From assembly GCF_964194155.1 (NCBI RefSeq), contig NC_135881.1, positions 187,426,001-187,490,000 of the forward strand: 64,000 nucleotides of DNA, in the 5' to 3' direction. This document shows positions 59,915 to 64,000 of this stretch, in pieces. The position numbers and the translations under genes were made by a program. Below the pieces are notes generated by a model. That model worked only from the letters and a program-made list of their open reading frames with translations. It ran no database searches and was not told the DNA's origin. The stretch is from Cetorhinus maximus (lineage: Eukaryota). Position 1 is the first letter of the stretch; the number at the start of each line of letters is the position of its first letter.

Positions 59915-62400
59915 TAAGAACATCAGAAATAGGAACAGGAATAGACCACGTGCCATTGAGCCTGCCCCACCATTCAGTATGATTATGGCTGATCTTGGGC
60001 TTCAACTCCATTTTCCTGGCTGCTCCCCATATTCCTTAATTCCCTGAGACCAAAAATCTGTCTATCACAGCCTTAAATGTATTCAGCAATGGAGTATCCA
60101 TAACCCTCTGGGGTAGAGAATTCCAACAATTCACAACCCTTTGAGTGAAGTAATTTCACTGCACCTCAGTCCTAAATGACTGGCTCCTTATCCTGAGACT
60201 GTGTCCGACCCCCACTGTTTTAGATTTCTTGACCAATGAAAACAATCTCTCAGTGCCCACACTATCAAGCCCCTTTGGGACTTTGTACGTTTCAATAAAA
60301 TTGCTTCTCATTCTTCTAAACTCCGGAGAATGCAAGCCCAGTTTATTCAGCTTCTCATCATAGGACATCCCAGGTACCAATTTAGTGAACATTCATTGTA
60401 TAACCTCAAATGCAAGTATATCCTTTCTTAAAAGTGGAGACCAAAACTGCGCACACTACTCCACTTGCAGTCTCACTGAAACCCTGTACAACTGTAGCAA
60501 GACTTCTTTATTCTTGTACTCCAATACCCTTGCAATAAAGGCCAATATGCCATTTGCCTACCTAATTGCTTGCTGAACCTGCATGCTAACTTTCTGCATT
60601 CCTTGTACAAGCACACCCAGGTCTCTCTGAACACTTACAAGTTTCTCACCTTTTAAAAAATAGTGTTTTTATTCTTATGACCAAAGTGAATAACTTCACA
60701 TTTCCCTATATTATACTTCATCTTGTTTCCCAATCACCTAACCTGCCTATATCTCTTTGCAGCCTCTGTGTTCTTCCCACTGCTTACCTTTCCACCTAGC
60801 TGGGCATCAAACTTAGGTACATTACACTCTGTCTCTTTATTTAAGCCATTAACATAGATTGTAAATAACCGCGCCCCCTGCACTGATCCTTGCTGCATTC
60901 CACTATTCGCTACCTGCCAACTTGACAAAGCCCCGTTTATGCCCACTCCGTTTTGTCAAACATTTGCCAACTTCCAGTCGAGTGGGACTGTTAGTCGGAT
61001 TTTTGAATTCCTTTGTTTCCCTTAAGTTTCTCCAATACCTTATCCCTGCTGATATTAATTTCCCTAATTTCCTCACTATTTAGTCCCTAGGTTATTGTCT
61101 ATTTCTGATACGGAACTTGTGCCTGTGTTCCCAGTAGAAGACAAAATATTTGTTCAATACCTCTGCCATTTCCTCATTCCCCATTAAAAATTTTTCAGCC
61201 TCTGCTTCTAAGGGATCAACGTTTACTTTAGCTACTCTCTCTGTAGTTATAAAAGCTCTTACAATCCGTTTTTATATTCCCAACTAGTTTACTGTCATAT
61301 TTTATTATTTCCCCTTTTTAATCAACTTCCTGGTGGCCCTTTGCTGGTTTTTAAAACACGCCCAATCCTCAGACATTGTAAGCCTCTTTTTTTAATCTAA
61401 TACTATCCTTAAGATGAGTTTTTGTTCTTCAGTGGAATGTATTTTTGGTGAACATTTTGAATTGTTTCTTTAAATGTTTCCCATTGTTCATTTATCTTTT
61501 AATCTGTTTACCTAATTAACTGTAGCCAGTTCTCCCCTCATACCTATGTAATTGGCTGTGTTTAAGATTTTTGTTTGCAATTGGAATATGTCATTTTCAA
61601 ACTTAGCGTGGAATTGAATGGTATGGTCACTATTTCCCAGTGGATCTTTTACTATGACATTACTAATTAACTCTGCTTTATTGCACAATACTAAATCTAA
61701 GATAGCTTTATTCTTAGTTGGTTCCACTACATGCTAGTCCAAGAAACTCTCAAAAACATTCTACAAACTCATCTTCTAGACGATCTCACCAATTTGATTG
61801 TCCCAGTCTGTATGAAGATTAAAGCCCCCCACAATTATTACATTCCTTTGTTACAGGCTCCAATGATTTCATGTTTAATGCTCTGCCCAAAGGCACAACT
61901 ATTATTAGGAGGCCTATAAACTATTCCCACCTGTGTTTTCTGATTCTTACTGTTCCTAATTTCCACCCAAACTGATTCTATTTCATGGTCTTCAGAGGAC
62001 ATATCCTTTCTCACTAATGTCCTGAAGTCATCTCTTACTATAAGGGCTGCTCCACTTCCTTTGCTATTCTGTCTGTCTTTCCGAAATATTGTGTACCCTG
62101 GAATTTTAATTTCTCAACTCTGATCACCTTGTAACCATGTTTCTGTAATGGTGATGAGATCTAAATCACTTGCCTCTTAGTGCCACTAATTCCTCTATCT
62201 TATTGCAGATGCTTCCTGCATTCAGATAAAGAACCTTTAATTTCATTTTTTTACTTCTGTTCCCTGCAATGACCTTTTTGCAGATGTACATTTTTTGATA
62301 AACTCTGTCCCTTCTTGTCCCCTCTGCTTATCTTTACCCATATCACTATACTGTTCTGATGCCTCGACCTTTCTCTTTGGATTTTGTTTCACCCCAACCC
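59915..62400 (-). mobile_element. Decayed CR1 LINE in BRD9 intron 2
   Basis: EPTKNKAILDLVL...LGNSDH (endonuclease), RT remnants and CR1 3' end near 59920. Confidence 0.85.
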
Positions 62401-64000
62401 TCCCCCCACCTGACCCCCTTTCCTCGTGTTTTTAAATGTACAACAATTATTACTCTACAGCTTTTACAGATCTATCTATCCTGTTTTACTAAAATAGTGA
62501 ATAAGCTGCATGGCATTGGATCTAATGGTGGCTAAGCTTCATACGCTGGCGTCAGAATTTGGTAATTTGCCGGCCCCTTTGTGCATTTTATCATTTACAT
62601 TTGGCATTTTTTGTATTGAGGTTTTAGTCTCGCAAACACAAACTTATACATTGTGTTTCACGCAAAATTAAATAGAGCTTATTCTTAAGTTGAACAAGCA
62701 AAATTTAAATGTCCAACTTCAAATGATTGATTAGTTAATTTAATTTAGTTCAATAATTGTCAGGAGTAGGCTGTCCTCAGGTTTTGTTACCCTTTGTGAA
62801 AGGGAGCTATTGAACAAGCAGAGAGCTATGGAGCTCTGGTAGTTTGCATAACAACCACAGAATTAATTTATTTTTGCAGTTATATCAGTAGATGTTGGTA
62901 ATGTTACCGAAGGATGAAAGTGTGTGTGTGTCTGTCTGTCTCCCCATTCCCCACCATGGTAGATTTTAGGATGCTTGTGTTTTTCTTTGGGAGTAGTACT
63001 GACAGCCAACTGCTCTTAGAAATATGCAGAAGTTACAAGAAACAGGCTGTTTGGCCCAAACAGTCCGTGACTCATTTGGCTCTCTTTGCAAGCAGACATT
63101 CTAAATCTTATTTACTTGCCCTATACCCTTTTCCTTATTCAAATATTGAGTCTAATCTCTAATATAGATATTTCAGTATTAATATCTGCCTCTACCAATA
63201 GCTTTGAATGTAAATGCCACCGCCTTCCAACTCCAGGTAAAGAAATTTTTTCCTGTCCCCTGTTCTGAATCTCTGGATTTAATCTTCTATCTGTGGCTCC
63301 TCATCCTGGGCCCCTCAGCTAGTGGAAGCAGTTGGTTTCTATCTTCCTTGCCTTATCCTTTCATAATTTTAAACACATCTATCATATTCCCCTGTAATCT
63401 CTGTTCTAACGAAAAAATACTTCAGCTGCCGTCGCAGCTGTATTTCCTCATACCAGATAGCATCCTAGTGTGTCTGCATTATACCATCTCTAAAGTCTAA
63501 TTCACCTGAGAGTACAGTGTGCAGTATTGGACGCCACTCTAATTGAGATCTTATGGGTTTTTTTAATGACCTCTTGTGATGAAAACTGGAATAGCATGTT
63601 GGAGAGGTGGTGAATCTTAAGTTGTGAAAGGGAGATGATGGACAATAAGATATTTGAGTCTGTGTATGTGCTAGAGTACTGGCAAATGTGTGGAGAATTA
63701 CAGGCCAGTAAGAGTAACATATGTGGTGAGGAAAAGCTTCAGAACTTTTAATTCAGGATAAAACCACCAAGTGCCTCAATAGAGAGAAAATTTTAACATG
63801 AAGCAAATTTCAAAATGAACAATATTTGACAACAGTGAATATTTTGAAGAGGTAAACATATATGGTAGATAGGAACTTTATAAGTAAACAGAATAATTGG
63901 GCAAAACTCTTGAGTTTGCCCCCTCAAACTCTTACACCAAAACTGCTCCATCTTCCTGATGTGTCAGATTGTCTCCATCTCCTCAAATTCTGAAATATGG

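Overview
Eukaryotic, repeat-rich vertebrate DNA; the CR1, Deu-SINE and Penelope content suggests a cartilaginous fish (inference). Three spliced genes can be reconstructed by hand, all with phase-consistent exons. (1) The last five coding exons (533 aa, + strand) of a carboxylesterase/cholinesterase-fold, single-pass membrane protein. Its catalytic Ser is replaced by Gly (GHGAG), so it looks like a neuroligin-type non-catalytic protein, but it does not look like a NLGN1-4 orthologue. (2) A complete TRIP13 (- strand, 13 coding exons, 434 aa) with a probable extra non-coding first exon. (3) The first two exons of BRD9 (+ strand), head-to-head with TRIP13 across a CpG island with CDE/CHR, E2F and CCAAT motifs. 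The introns hold decayed CR1/L2-group LINEs, an RTE LINE, tRNA-derived SINEs, hAT and PIF/Harbinger elements and Penelope-like elements. About ten short Penelope-derived insertions carry a minimal hammerhead-ribozyme motif, several with 13-16 bp target-site duplications, and a second hammerhead family is also present. Most ORFs in the supplied track are repeat fragments or chance ORFs.
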